From NCBI GenBank assembly GCA_051252375.1, contig JBPOFY010000003.1:192001-256000 (forward strand): DNA of 64,000 nt, read 5' to 3'. Origin of the DNA: Opitutaceae bacterium. Lineage in GTDB: Bacteria > Verrucomicrobiota > Verrucomicrobiia > Opitutales > Coraliomargaritaceae. Every line of letters begins with the position of its first letter. Position 1 is the stretch's first letter. A program made the position numbers and the translations under genes. The notes under the pieces were generated by a model, which was not told the DNA's origin, ran no database searches, and saw only the letters and a list, made by a program, of their open reading frames with translations. Below, one piece after another: positions 21,202 to 31,249 of this stretch.

Positions 21202-23769
21202 ATGGCGTCTACTTCTGCTTTACCGATTTACGAGGTCGCCGACCAGATCGTCGATGGGCTTGCTGCGCATGGTCGAGTGGTCCTCAGTGCGCCAACCGGT
21301 TCCGGTAAGTCGACTCAAGTGCCACAAATCTTAATTGATCGTGCGGGTATTGAAGGGGAAATCGTTGTGTTACAGCCTCGTCGATTGGCTGCGCGATTAT
21401 TAGCGAAGCGAGTCGCCCAGGAACGTGGCGGCAAACTTGGTGAGGAAGTGGGCTACCAAATCCGTTTTGAGAATGTCATCAGCTCTCGCACGCGCATACG
21501 CTTCGTCACAGAAGCCATTCTCCTACGTCAAATCTTGGAAGACCCTAGCTTGAAAGGTGTCGGGGCTGTTGTGTTTGATGAGTTTCACGAGCGCCATTTA
21601 ACCAGTGATTTGAGTATCTCCTGTGCTTTACAGGCGGTGCAAACTGTTCGATCGGATCTGAAGCTAGTCGTGATGTCGGCCACGCTGGATGTGGAGCGAC
21701 TAGAGACTTATTTGCAGCCATGCGCGCGTATTGAAGCATCCGGGAGAATGTATCCTGTCGAGATGCGTTATATGGGTGCAGCCTTGAATCGAGATGCCGC
21801 TCCAGTGTGGGAAAGAGCCGCTGCCGCTTTTCGGCAACAGTGTCGCTCAACTACTGAAACGGGCGATGTGTTGGTGTTTATGCCTGGGGCATTTGAAATA
21901 CGTAAGACGATCGACGCGATTCAGGGCCTATCAGAGTCAAAAGACTACGAGGTATTGCCTTTGCACGGAGAGTTGTCGCCTGATGCGCAAGACCGTGCGG
22001 TGAGTAGTAGTGGTCGACCTAAAGTGATCGTGTCCACCAACGTCGCTGAAACCTCGATCACGATTGAAGGCGTCAGAACTGTGATCGATAGCGGCCTAGC
22101 TAGGATCGCTCGATACGATGCACGGCGTGGCATTAACGCCATATTGGTTGAGCCAATCAGTCGCGCTTCCGCTGAGCAGCGGGCAGGGCGAGCAGGGCGA
22201 ACGGGGCCTGGCACTTGTCTTCGCCTTTGGAGCGAAGCTGAGCATGTGGCTCGTGCGGAGCGCGATACGCCCGAAGTGAGGCGGGTCGATCTGTCTGAAA
22301 CTTTACTGATGTTGGCTGCTGCGGATATTGCGCAGCCCGAGAATTTTGCATGGTTTGAATCGCCGGATCCACATGCTTTAGCCAAAGCGGGCGAGTTGCT
22401 GCATGACCTAGGTGCTTTGGATGCTGAGGGAGCGATTACTGCGCTTGGCCGACAGATGGCACGTTTCCCCTTACATCCGCGTTATGCGCGTATGTTGATT
22501 GAGGCGGACCGCTTGCAGGTATTGGAAGCGGTGGCTTTGATTGCGGGGTTGAGTCAGGGGCGGTCGATTTATCGTGTGGCTCGAGACAAGCGAGTGCGTC
22601 AGGCGCAAATGGATCAGATCGAAGATCTTGCGGATACGCGCTCGGACTTTTTTGTGCATCTAAAGGCTTGGGAGTTTGCTCAGTCGACAAGGTTCAACCC
22701 ATCCGCATGTGCGGGGTTAGGCATACACGGTGCATCGGCTCGTCAAGCAGGCGAGGTGGCGCGTCAATTGATGAACGTTGCGCAACGCGTTGGGCTCGGG
22801 CGAGCGGCTGATTTAGATGATGCGAATCGCGAAACATTGGAGACTCGCATCTGCCAATGCCTACTCGCGGGTTTTTCAGACCACTTGGCGAAGCGTAATG
22901 ATCGCGGGACCTATCGTTGTCGTATGGTGCATGGTCGGTCTGGCGAGCTGCGGCGTGAAACCGTAGTGGAGAGCGAACTCTTAGTAGCCGCAGAGATTGA
23001 AGAGCGCGATGTGCGAGGCGATGTCACCGTGCTACTAGGCATGGCCACCGCCGTTGAGTTTGCTTGGTTAGATGCTATTTTTCCCGAGGATTTTAGTGAT
23101 GAGGCTTTGACTACTTATGATCCGCAGCTCCGCCGTGTGGTTTGCCGCAGTGAGCGGCGTTTTCGTGATTTAGTATTGGAATCAACTGATCGGGGAGAGC
23201 CGGATGTGGATCAAGCTGCCACTTTATTGGCGACCGAAGTGACCGAAGGGCGATTGTTGCTCAAAGCATGGGACAGCTCGGTCGAGCAATGGATCGCACG
23301 GTTGAACTTTGTCGCCAAGCATTGCCCGGAAACCGAAATTGCCCCGATCGATACTGAGGCGAGGCAGCTCTTAACCGAGCAAATTTGCCACGGAGCACTC
23401 AGCTACAAAGAAATCAAAGATCGAGCCGTGCTACCCTCGGTAAAAGAATGGATCAGCCCCGAACAGCACTATTACATTGATACCTATGCACCCGCCACGA
23501 TGGAGCTGCCACGCCGCCGAAATCCTGCGAAGATTCGCTACGAGGAAGATGGTCGTGCATTCATCGCCTCAAAGTTGCAGGATTTCTATGACGTTCCCGG
23601 AAGCAGCTTAAAAGTCGCCAACGGAAAAGTCGCCTTATTGGTCGAGCTGCTCGCCCCCAATCAAAGGCCAGCGCATTTGACCGACGACCTAGATGGCTTT
23701 TGGGACGGCGCGTATCATCACGTCCGCAAAGAACTCGCTGGCCGCTATCCTAAGCACGAGTGGCGATAG
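21202..23769 (+). CDS. hrpB: ATP-dependent DEAH helicase HrpB
   Basis: APTGSGKST, DEFHER, MSAT, TNVAETSITI, QRAGRAGR and the C-terminal GRYPKHEW signature. Confidence 0.95.
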   Translation: MASTSALPIYEVADQIVDGLAAHGRVVLSAPTGSGKSTQVPQILIDRAGIEGEIVVLQPRRLAARLLAKRVAQERGGKLGEEVGYQIRFENVISSRTRIRFVTEAILLRQILEDPSLKGVGAVVFDEFHERHLTSDLSISCALQAVQTVRSDLKLVVMSATLDVERLETYLQPCARIEASGRMYPVEMRYMGAALNRDAAPVWERAAAAFRQQCRSTTETGDVLVFMPGAFEIRKTIDAIQGLSESKDYEVLPLHGELSPDAQDRAVSSSGRPKVIVSTNVAETSITIEGVRTVIDSGLARIARYDARRGINAILVEPISRASAEQRAGRAGRTGPGTCLRLWSEAEHVARAERDTPEVRRVDLSETLLMLAAADIAQPENFAWFESPDPHALAKAGELLHDLGALDAEGAITALGRQMARFPLHPRYARMLIEADRLQVLEAVALIAGLSQGRSIYRVARDKRVRQAQMDQIEDLADTRSDFFVHLKAWEFAQSTRFNPSACAGLGIHGASARQAGEVARQLMNVAQRVGLGRAADLDDANRETLETRICQCLLAGFSDHLAKRNDRGTYRCRMVHGRSGELRRETVVESELLVAAEIEERDVRGDVTVLLGMATAVEFAWLDAIFPEDFSDEALTTYDPQLRRVVCRSERRFRDLVLESTDRGEPDVDQAATLLATEVTEGRLLLKAWDSSVEQWIARLNFVAKHCPETEIAPIDTEARQLLTEQICHGALSYKEIKDRAVLPSVKEWISPEQHYYIDTYAPATMELPRRRNPAKIRYEEDGRAFIASKLQDFYDVPGSSLKVANGKVALLVELLAPNQRPAHLTDDLDGFWDGAYHHVRKELAGRYPKHEWR

Positions 23770-23907
23770 GAGTGTGGCAGATATTATGCCGCATGTTTAT
23801 TGTGCTTATTCAGGATTATTATGTAGGGTGGTCATTGCCGAGCATTGCTCTTTAATGATGAACAATCACATTTTGATAATTACTTTGCTGGCACAGCACT
23901 TTTTTTA

Positions 23908-25251
23908 ATGAGCGCTCCATATTTATTTCGCTGCTTCTTTGCTGCGCTACTCTTCGTTTGTGTTGGTAACGCACAAGAGTGGCGAGTGTGGAAGGATCAG
24001 GAGAACCGTAGCATTGAAGCGCAGATAGTTGCTGTGTCAGATGGAACGGTTTCGATTCGAAAGCGAGATGGGTTAACGTATGAAATTTCGCTTAATTCGT
24101 TGAGTGTAACTGATCAAACCTATGTGCATGAGTTTACTGCATCTGATAGATCATCGACAGATGCTCATTCGGTTTATCCAGAATTCAGTTGGGATCGTAT
24201 TCCTCTGTATATGCATATCCGTAAAGACAATGCTTACACTGATGAGGAAATATCCTTTATTGCGAAATTTCCTTTGATCACTTTTGAGAAGTCGAATGGT
24301 CATAAATCCTTCGGTTCGACGGAGGAGGGGACTTTGGTTGCCGCTCGTAAGGTAAAGGAACTGAATCAACGGGCAAAGATACTCTATTATCGGAATGTGT
24401 TGGTTCACTACGGAAGTTACGCTGCCAATGAAATTTTAAGCCAGATCCCCGGAGCTTTGCTCGGAGATAAAGAGGGGAACGAACGGCTGGTTCGCAACAA
24501 GGTTCCGGCATATGACTTGTCCAATGAGCAAGTGCGCAAATGGTGGGTGGATCAATGTCAGCGAATGACTGACGACCCTGCTATTGATGGGGTGTTTTTT
24601 GACGGTAACGTTAAGGCACTGGAGCCGGGGTATCTGCGCCGTGAAATTGGTCAGGAGAAAAAAGAGCAGGTGGAGGCTGGCTATAAGCAGATGATGCAGC
24701 AGACCCGCGAAGCAATTGGCTCCGACAAGCTAATGATTGCCAATATTCTGCGAGCACGTTTCGAGGAAGGTGGGCTTGAATACATACATTACTTCGATGG
24801 CTCTTACCTTGAAGGCTTTTTTCATAATGTTGGGCGGGTGAGTTATGAGGACTACGTTGCTGAGGGGATCGCCACGATGCAGCAGGCGGCGCGAGCCGGT
24901 AAGATCATCGCTTTTACTTCAAGTTTATCTATGTCGGCCGATGCGGGCACGATGGGTATTGACGAGGTGCATGGGCAAGCGGAATCAGATTTACAAGCGC
25001 AGGAGGCGCTCACCTATACCTTGGCGATTTTTCTAGTTTGTGCCGAGGAATACAGCTATTTCAGAGCGCATGAAGGTTATTCAGCTAATGGCAATAAGCG
25101 TTGGATGCGTTGGTTTGCGGAATATGATAAACCCCTAGGACTACCGAAAGGACCCGCGAAACAGGACGGCTTCAAGTATACCAGAAGCTTTGAGCATGCG
25201 ACCGTGTCTGTCGATATACAGCAGCGCACTGCAGATATACAATGGCACTAG
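23908..25251 (+). CDS. Secreted SHD1-domain + GH168-like glycoside hydrolase (putative endo-fucanase)
   Basis: Signal peptide; SHD1-like WKDQENRSIEAQ...LSVTDQTYV; then YPEFSWDRIPLYMH, DGVFFD, SYLEGF and EYDKPLGLPKGPA motifs resembling the GH168/GHL15 family. Family recognised from motifs, not by search. Confidence 0.65.
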   Translation: MSAPYLFRCFFAALLFVCVGNAQEWRVWKDQENRSIEAQIVAVSDGTVSIRKRDGLTYEISLNSLSVTDQTYVHEFTASDRSSTDAHSVYPEFSWDRIPLYMHIRKDNAYTDEEISFIAKFPLITFEKSNGHKSFGSTEEGTLVAARKVKELNQRAKILYYRNVLVHYGSYAANEILSQIPGALLGDKEGNERLVRNKVPAYDLSNEQVRKWWVDQCQRMTDDPAIDGVFFDGNVKALEPGYLRREIGQEKKEQVEAGYKQMMQQTREAIGSDKLMIANILRARFEEGGLEYIHYFDGSYLEGFFHNVGRVSYEDYVAEGIATMQQAARAGKIIAFTSSLSMSADAGTMGIDEVHGQAESDLQAQEALTYTLAIFLVCAEEYSYFRAHEGYSANGNKRWMRWFAEYDKPLGLPKGPAKQDGFKYTRSFEHATVSVDIQQRTADIQWH

Positions 25252-25364
25252 CACATGTGTTGAAAGGTTCGAGAATTGCTTCAGTCGTGCTCCTAATCTA
25301 TCACTTAAACAGGCGATAGCGCTCTTTTGGTTTTTCGGCTACAATCCAATATTTATAACAGAGC

Positions 25365-26768
25365 ATGTATAAACAATTCACATATATCGTAGCCGGATTA
25401 CTTGCATTAGCTGCCTGGGCACAAGCCGGCACTGACGAGGCGAAGCCTAACATTATTCTCATCTTCGCCGATGATCTCGGATTCGGCGATGTGGGCTGCT
25501 ATGGTTCTACCTTGAAGACTCCGGAACTGGATCGTCTGGCTGCAGAAGGCTTACGCTCTATGGACTGTCTGGTCGGGGCGAATGTTTGCGGACCCTCACG
25601 TGCTGCACTGATGACAGGGCGCTACCCAATGCGTGCGGGACATCCGATATCGAGGCACCCAACGGAAAAATACGCTCAGTATGGTATCGCCCCAGAGGAA
25701 GTCACCATGCCTGAACTGCTCAAGGCGGCGGGCTATACCACGAAGATGGTCGGCAAGTGGCACCTAGGCTTTCACGTAGAAGGGTCCCATCCGCTGGACG
25801 CAGGATTCGATGACTATCTGGGACTCCACAGTAACTACAGCACGGTTAAAGATCGTGTGGATGAACGAACCATTTATCGGAACAGAGACGCAGTCGATAT
25901 TGATGTCCCATTCACTTTAGTGACGAAGCTATACACCGACGAGGTGGTCAACTTTATCAAAGAAGAACACGAACAGCCTTTCTTTATCTACTTCTCGCAT
26001 CACATCGCGCATTCACCAATACTTCCCAGTAAGCCCTTCAAAGGCAGCACCGGGAAGAAGCAGGGTGGTGTCTACGGCGATTTTGTTCTGGAACTTGATC
26101 ACAGTGTGGGTCGTGTGAGGGCGGCGGTCGAAGAGGCTGGGCTAAGCGAAAATACATTGATCGTTTTTCTTTCCGATAACGGCCCTGCTAAAAGCGGCTC
26201 CGCTAAACCTCTGAGTGGTGGCAAGTATGTCACGATGGAGGGCGGTCATCGTGTGCCGGCGATCTTCTCTTGGCCGGGGCAGATCCCTCCCGGGCAAGTC
26301 TCTGATGCCATGATTACGAGTATGGATTTATTACCTCTGTTTTGTGATGTGGCGGGTGCCGATTTACCCATCGATGTGACGCTCGACGGGAAAAATATTA
26401 TCGACCTACTGACGGGCAAGATTGATCAAAGTCCCCACGCGTATTTTTACTACTATAACGGGGTGAATCTACAAGGTGTCCGTAATGAGCAATGGAAGCT
26501 ACAGCTGCCACGCACCATTCAGGATCAACCGTATTGGGCGAAGAAGGGCGCTGGCCCGCGAAAGCCGTATCTGTCGTTGAAGGAACCGCTCTTGTTTAAT
26601 CTGGACGCCGATGTCGGCGAAAAGAAAAACGTCATCGCGCAGCACCCTGAAGTGACAGATGAGCTAATGAAACAAGCGGAGCGTGCGCGCAAAGAAATTG
26701 GCGATATTGATATTGTTGGGACCGATCAGCGTCCGCATGGACTGCCGAATCCGCAGAATAAGGACTGA
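25365..26768 (+). CDS. Formylglycine-dependent (S1) sulfatase
   Basis: Signal peptide, ADDLG, CGPSRAALMTG, GKWHLG, SDNG. Confidence 0.95.
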   Translation: MYKQFTYIVAGLLALAAWAQAGTDEAKPNIILIFADDLGFGDVGCYGSTLKTPELDRLAAEGLRSMDCLVGANVCGPSRAALMTGRYPMRAGHPISRHPTEKYAQYGIAPEEVTMPELLKAAGYTTKMVGKWHLGFHVEGSHPLDAGFDDYLGLHSNYSTVKDRVDERTIYRNRDAVDIDVPFTLVTKLYTDEVVNFIKEEHEQPFFIYFSHHIAHSPILPSKPFKGSTGKKQGGVYGDFVLELDHSVGRVRAAVEEAGLSENTLIVFLSDNGPAKSGSAKPLSGGKYVTMEGGHRVPAIFSWPGQIPPGQVSDAMITSMDLLPLFCDVAGADLPIDVTLDGKNIIDLLTGKIDQSPHAYFYYYNGVNLQGVRNEQWKLQLPRTIQDQPYWAKKGAGPRKPYLSLKEPLLFNLDADVGEKKNVIAQHPEVTDELMKQAERARKEIGDIDIVGTDQRPHGLPNPQNKD

Positions 26769-26881
26769 GTCCAACACCACTAGAATCGATTAAACACGCT
26801 ATTTACGCTTTGTGTCTAAATGTTACCATGGCATGGTATTGATTCTACGATTCAGATACACGGTTTTACGCCAATACCTTC

Positions 26882-28228
26882 ATGAAATTACCCCATATAC
26901 TCCTTTCGAGTCTTCTTGCAGTCTCTTCAATTTTTGCTGCGTCAAAGCCAAATGTGATTCTCATTTATACCGACGACCTCGGTTATGGTGACTTGGGTTG
27001 CTACGGTGCTAAGGGCTACGAGACACCGGAGCTCGATCGCATGGCGCAGGAGGGTATGCGCTTTACTGATTTTTCGACATCGAGCTCGATCTGCACGCCA
27101 TCGCGCGCGGGGCTGCTGACGGGGCGCTACGCCAAGCGCTGGGGGCACAATGGCAGAGTATATTTTCCAGACAGTGAAGATGGCATGCCGCCGTCTGAAA
27201 TCACCATTGCCGAGCTCTTAAAGGAAGTGGGTTACCAAACCGCACTCATTGGAAAATGGCACTTGGGTCACCTCCCAAAGTATCTACCCACAGCGCAGGG
27301 CTTTGATCTGTATTATGGTATTCCCTACAGTAATGACATGTGGCAGGCGCCTGAAATTCCGCTGGCTAAGAATGTCGTCTTCAATGAAGGGTTCGGACCA
27401 AAGCAGTATGCTGAAGGAAGCCGGAAAAACAAAAAACTGTATCAGGACAAAATGCCTCTCATGTTGGGCAATGAAGTGATCGAATGGCCGGTCGATCAGA
27501 GATTGCTGACGCGCAAGTATACTGAGAAGGCGCAGGCGTTTATTCAGGACAACAAGGAGCAACCATTCTTTCTCTATCTCGCGCACAGCATGCCACACGT
27601 GCCGCTGTATGTGTCTGACGCATTCGACGGTAAAAGTGAGCGCGGTGTGTTCGGTGATGTGGTAGAAGAGCTCGACTGGTCAGTCGGGCAATTGTTGCAA
27701 ACGTTAAAGGATGCCGGAATCGCAGAAAACACACTGGTGATCTTCACCTCAGATAATGGTCCTTGGCTCTCTAAGAAGGAAGCCGCCGGCACGGCCGCTC
27801 CGCTACGAGAGGGCAAGTTTACCGATTACGAAGGTGGCTGCCGCGTGCCTACGATCATGTGGCAACCAGGAACGGTTCCAGCTGGAGTAGTCTGCGATGT
27901 GCAAACATCGACATTGGACATGCTGCCGACAATTGCAGCTTTGGCCGAAGCCTCCGTGCCGCAGGATCGTGTCATTGATGGTTTTGATATACGTGCCGTG
28001 TTGAACGGTGACTTTAAGGAAGCACCAAAGCGCGACTTCTCTCTCTATCGTAGCGACAACTCCATTCGAGTCGGCGATTGGAAATATATGAAAATTAAGA
28101 ATGGCGCACAGCTTTTCAATTTGGCTAAAGACGTCGGTGAAAAGAAAAACGTGATTAAAAAATATCCGGAGAAGGCCGAAGAACTTTCGCGTCGCTTGGC
28201 GGAAGTGAATGCTCAGATGAAACCTTAG
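26882..28228 (+). CDS. S1 sulfatase
   Basis: Signal peptide, TDDLG, CTPSRAGLLTG, GKWHLG, SDNG. Confidence 0.95.
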   Translation: MKLPHILLSSLLAVSSIFAASKPNVILIYTDDLGYGDLGCYGAKGYETPELDRMAQEGMRFTDFSTSSSICTPSRAGLLTGRYAKRWGHNGRVYFPDSEDGMPPSEITIAELLKEVGYQTALIGKWHLGHLPKYLPTAQGFDLYYGIPYSNDMWQAPEIPLAKNVVFNEGFGPKQYAEGSRKNKKLYQDKMPLMLGNEVIEWPVDQRLLTRKYTEKAQAFIQDNKEQPFFLYLAHSMPHVPLYVSDAFDGKSERGVFGDVVEELDWSVGQLLQTLKDAGIAENTLVIFTSDNGPWLSKKEAAGTAAPLREGKFTDYEGGCRVPTIMWQPGTVPAGVVCDVQTSTLDMLPTIAALAEASVPQDRVIDGFDIRAVLNGDFKEAPKRDFSLYRSDNSIRVGDWKYMKIKNGAQLFNLAKDVGEKKNVIKKYPEKAEELSRRLAEVNAQMKP

Positions 28229-28256
28229 TTCGAGCTACGGTTTTATAGAAATTAGG

Positions 28257-29666
28257 ATGCGAAAAACATATGCCATAATTATAGTTGGGCAGTTGATTGC
28301 ATTCACTTTGTCCATGCAGGCGAAGCAACCCAATTTCTTGATACTTCTCGCCGACGACATCAGTGCTACCAGTCTCGGTTGCTACGGTTCGGAGAATCCA
28401 AACACGTCACCGAATATCGATAAGCTGGCCGAAGAGGGCATTCGTTTCACCAACATGTTTGTGTCGGAAGCGATCTGCGCTCCAGCGCGGGCGGAGCTCT
28501 ATACGGGTCTTCAGCCACATCGTAACGGTGTCATGCAGAATCACATGGCCACCAATAAGGGGACTTTGAGTGTGGTGCAGCATCTCGAGAAGCTCGGTTA
28601 CCGTGTCGGGCTAACAGGGAAGACACATATTAAACCGCAGTTAGTCTATCCCTTTGAGAAAGTGAAGGGCTTTCCTCCAGGCTGCAATGCGAGGAATGTG
28701 CCGCCTGCTGAATGGGATGGAGTCGAGAGCTTCATTACGCGTGATACGGAGCAACCGTTCTGCCTTTTCATCTGCTCGATTCACGCACACGCACCTTGGG
28801 ACTCTGGCGATACTTCACCTTGGGAGCTTGATGCGCTGAAGCTACCACCACATCTCGTAGACACTCCGGAGACTCGACATTACTTTCGCGAATATCTAGC
28901 CGAAGTTCGACTCTTTGATGACGAGGTCGGTCAGGCGCGGTCATTGTTAGAGAAACTTAATTTGGATGAAAACACTGTGTTGATTGTGTTGGATGAAAAT
29001 GGTGCCGGTATGCCGGGTGGCAAGTGGACCAACTTCGACTGGGGTGTGCGCTCGGCTTGTTTAATCAAGTGGCCGGGTCTAGACTCGGGGTCGATGGTGA
29101 CCGATGCAGTCGCTCAGTATTGCGATATCCTGCCAACTCTGATCGATGCCGCTGGTGGCGAAGTGCCGTCGGACCTGGACGGCAAGAGCTTGCTTCCGCT
29201 AATTAAGGGTGAGCGCAAGACACATAGAGACAAAGCATTTTTCACCTATACTAGCGGCGCCGAGGGACCCCCATTCGTTTCGCGTGCGACAACGGACGGC
29301 CGCTACAAGCTTATCTGGAACAAAACACCCAACAACCTCTTTGCCGTGCGAACCATCAACGGGTTTGATTTCGGCTACGTGGATAAAATGAAGGACCGCC
29401 ACGTGCGCATGATGTATCTGTCTTGGTTGGACGCTGCGAAGAACGATCCCGATGCGGAGCAAGCCGTTCAGCGCTTTCGTAAGCATCCTGAGTTTCAATT
29501 GTATGACCTCTCACAGGATCCATGGGAGCAAAACAACTTGGCCAGCAACCCCGAGTATAAGGCACCGCTTCAGGAACTGAAGGCGTCCATATCGGTCTGG
29601 ATGGAAGCGCAGGGCGATGACGGGCTGCCGAGTGCAGATTCTAAAAATAACAAAAAGAAGAATTAA
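28257..29666 (+). CDS. S1 sulfatase, N-sulfoglucosamine sulfohydrolase-like type
   Basis: ADD, CAPARAELYTG, GKTH and DENGAGMPGGKW variant motifs. Confidence 0.9.
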   Translation: MRKTYAIIIVGQLIAFTLSMQAKQPNFLILLADDISATSLGCYGSENPNTSPNIDKLAEEGIRFTNMFVSEAICAPARAELYTGLQPHRNGVMQNHMATNKGTLSVVQHLEKLGYRVGLTGKTHIKPQLVYPFEKVKGFPPGCNARNVPPAEWDGVESFITRDTEQPFCLFICSIHAHAPWDSGDTSPWELDALKLPPHLVDTPETRHYFREYLAEVRLFDDEVGQARSLLEKLNLDENTVLIVLDENGAGMPGGKWTNFDWGVRSACLIKWPGLDSGSMVTDAVAQYCDILPTLIDAAGGEVPSDLDGKSLLPLIKGERKTHRDKAFFTYTSGAEGPPFVSRATTDGRYKLIWNKTPNNLFAVRTINGFDFGYVDKMKDRHVRMMYLSWLDAAKNDPDAEQAVQRFRKHPEFQLYDLSQDPWEQNNLASNPEYKAPLQELKASISVWMEAQGDDGLPSADSKNNKKKN

Positions 29667-29670
29667 TTAT

Positions 29671-31149
29671 ATGAAACCCAGAATTTCAAACTTACTAGTC
29701 ACACTGGTGGCGATGCTTTCGCTGACAGTTTCCACCATGGCAGAGACTGCGGCGAAAAAGCCCAACGTTATTTTCATCTTGATGGATGACATGGGCTACA
29801 GTGATGTCAGTTGCTATGGCGCGACCAAGGTCAGCACGCCGAACATCGACCGCATGGCGGAGGAGGGGATGAAGTTTACTGATTTCCACACAGGGGCTTC
29901 GATTTGCTCGCCGTCACGTGCAGCATTTTTGACGGGTGCGTATCCGCAACGTGCAGGGCTCTACATGGGCATTAATCAAAAACGAGAAGCTCACTGGTTC
30001 TTGGGTTTGAATCCGGATGAAATCACCCTCGCGGAACAGTTTAAACAAAAGGGCTATACCACCGCCATGGTCGGCAAGTGGCACCTCGGCAAAGAAGAAA
30101 AGTTTTCATATTTCAATCAGGGGTTTGATCACTATTACGGCGCGCCAGATAACATGGGGCACAATGCTGCGTTTTATGATGGTAGGGAAGTGATCTATAA
30201 AAGCACTCCGCTAGACAAGCTGACGACCCTCTACACCGAACGGATGGTGAAACATATTGAAGACTTTAAAGATGAGCCCTTCTTTATCTATTTCGCGCAC
30301 AACTACCCGCACACGCCTTTTAAAGCGGGTCCAGACTTCAAGAAGTCCTCCAAGGACGGCGTTCGAGGCGATATCATTCAAGAGGCCGATTGGGGTATCG
30401 GTGAAATACTAAAGGCGCTAGAAGATAACGGAATTTTAGAAAATACTTTGGTCATCTTCACTTCCGACAACGGCGCAACTTCAGCGGAATATTCGAAGCC
30501 TTACAGCGGCACCAAGTATGTGTCGCTCGAAGGGGGGCACCGTGTGCCGTTCATCCTGTATTGGAAGGGCAAGATACAGCCGGAGGTCTCGGATGTGCCG
30601 GTGATCGCAATGGATTTGTTTCCAACGCTGAGCGAGTTGATGGATGCGCCACTGCCGGAAGATCGAATTTACGATGGCGTCAGCTTGACTCCTTTGTTCG
30701 ATGGCGGGGAGATTGCCCGTAACCCGCAGGAGCCGTTCTTTTATTACAACTGCGAGAATCTACAATGCGTGCGTGTGGGAGATTGGAAGTTACACTTGCC
30801 GCGCACGAAGGAGCAGATGCCATGGTGGAGCACCGCTGCTGGCAAAGCGAAGTCGATCTCAACGCCGCAACTTTACAATCTGTCCACTGATGTCGGAGAA
30901 AAGGTCGATGTTGCCGCCCAGTATCCGGAGAAGGTTTCAGAGATGATGGCGTTGGCAGATCAGACACGCCTGAAATTAGGAGAATACATGGAGCGCGGTT
31001 CCGAGCAGCGTCCGACGGGCACGCTCTTTCCTGATGTGCCGATACTCAGTAATCATAATACGGAGTGGGCGAAGCTATCCGATGAAGAAAAGGGCCGTGC
31101 TAAAACAGAATTCAAGGTCGCGCATTCGCCTAAAAAGAAAAAGAAATAA
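29671..31149 (+). CDS. S1 sulfatase
   Basis: Signal peptide from the ATG at 29671, MDDMG, CSPSRAAFLTG, GKWHLG, SDNG; ends PKKKKK. Confidence 0.95.
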   Translation: MKPRISNLLVTLVAMLSLTVSTMAETAAKKPNVIFILMDDMGYSDVSCYGATKVSTPNIDRMAEEGMKFTDFHTGASICSPSRAAFLTGAYPQRAGLYMGINQKREAHWFLGLNPDEITLAEQFKQKGYTTAMVGKWHLGKEEKFSYFNQGFDHYYGAPDNMGHNAAFYDGREVIYKSTPLDKLTTLYTERMVKHIEDFKDEPFFIYFAHNYPHTPFKAGPDFKKSSKDGVRGDIIQEADWGIGEILKALEDNGILENTLVIFTSDNGATSAEYSKPYSGTKYVSLEGGHRVPFILYWKGKIQPEVSDVPVIAMDLFPTLSELMDAPLPEDRIYDGVSLTPLFDGGEIARNPQEPFFYYNCENLQCVRVGDWKLHLPRTKEQMPWWSTAAGKAKSISTPQLYNLSTDVGEKVDVAAQYPEKVSEMMALADQTRLKLGEYMERGSEQRPTGTLFPDVPILSNHNTEWAKLSDEEKGRAKTEFKVAHSPKKKKK

Positions 31150-31160
31150 ACTTAGCAAGG

Positions 31161-31189
31161 GGTAGGGATCGTTGTCCCCAACGATCCGC
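31161..31189 (+). repeat. GTAG-tagged REP-like hairpin
   Basis: GGTAGGGATCGTTG-TCCC-CAACGATCCGC; 9-bp stem; same architecture as the copies at 60152 and 60194. Confidence 0.75.
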
Positions 31190-31249
31190 TCAGTATTCGT
31201 TTAGCAACCCCATAGTGATACCAGTCTCAGCAATATAGAAATAAGCATT

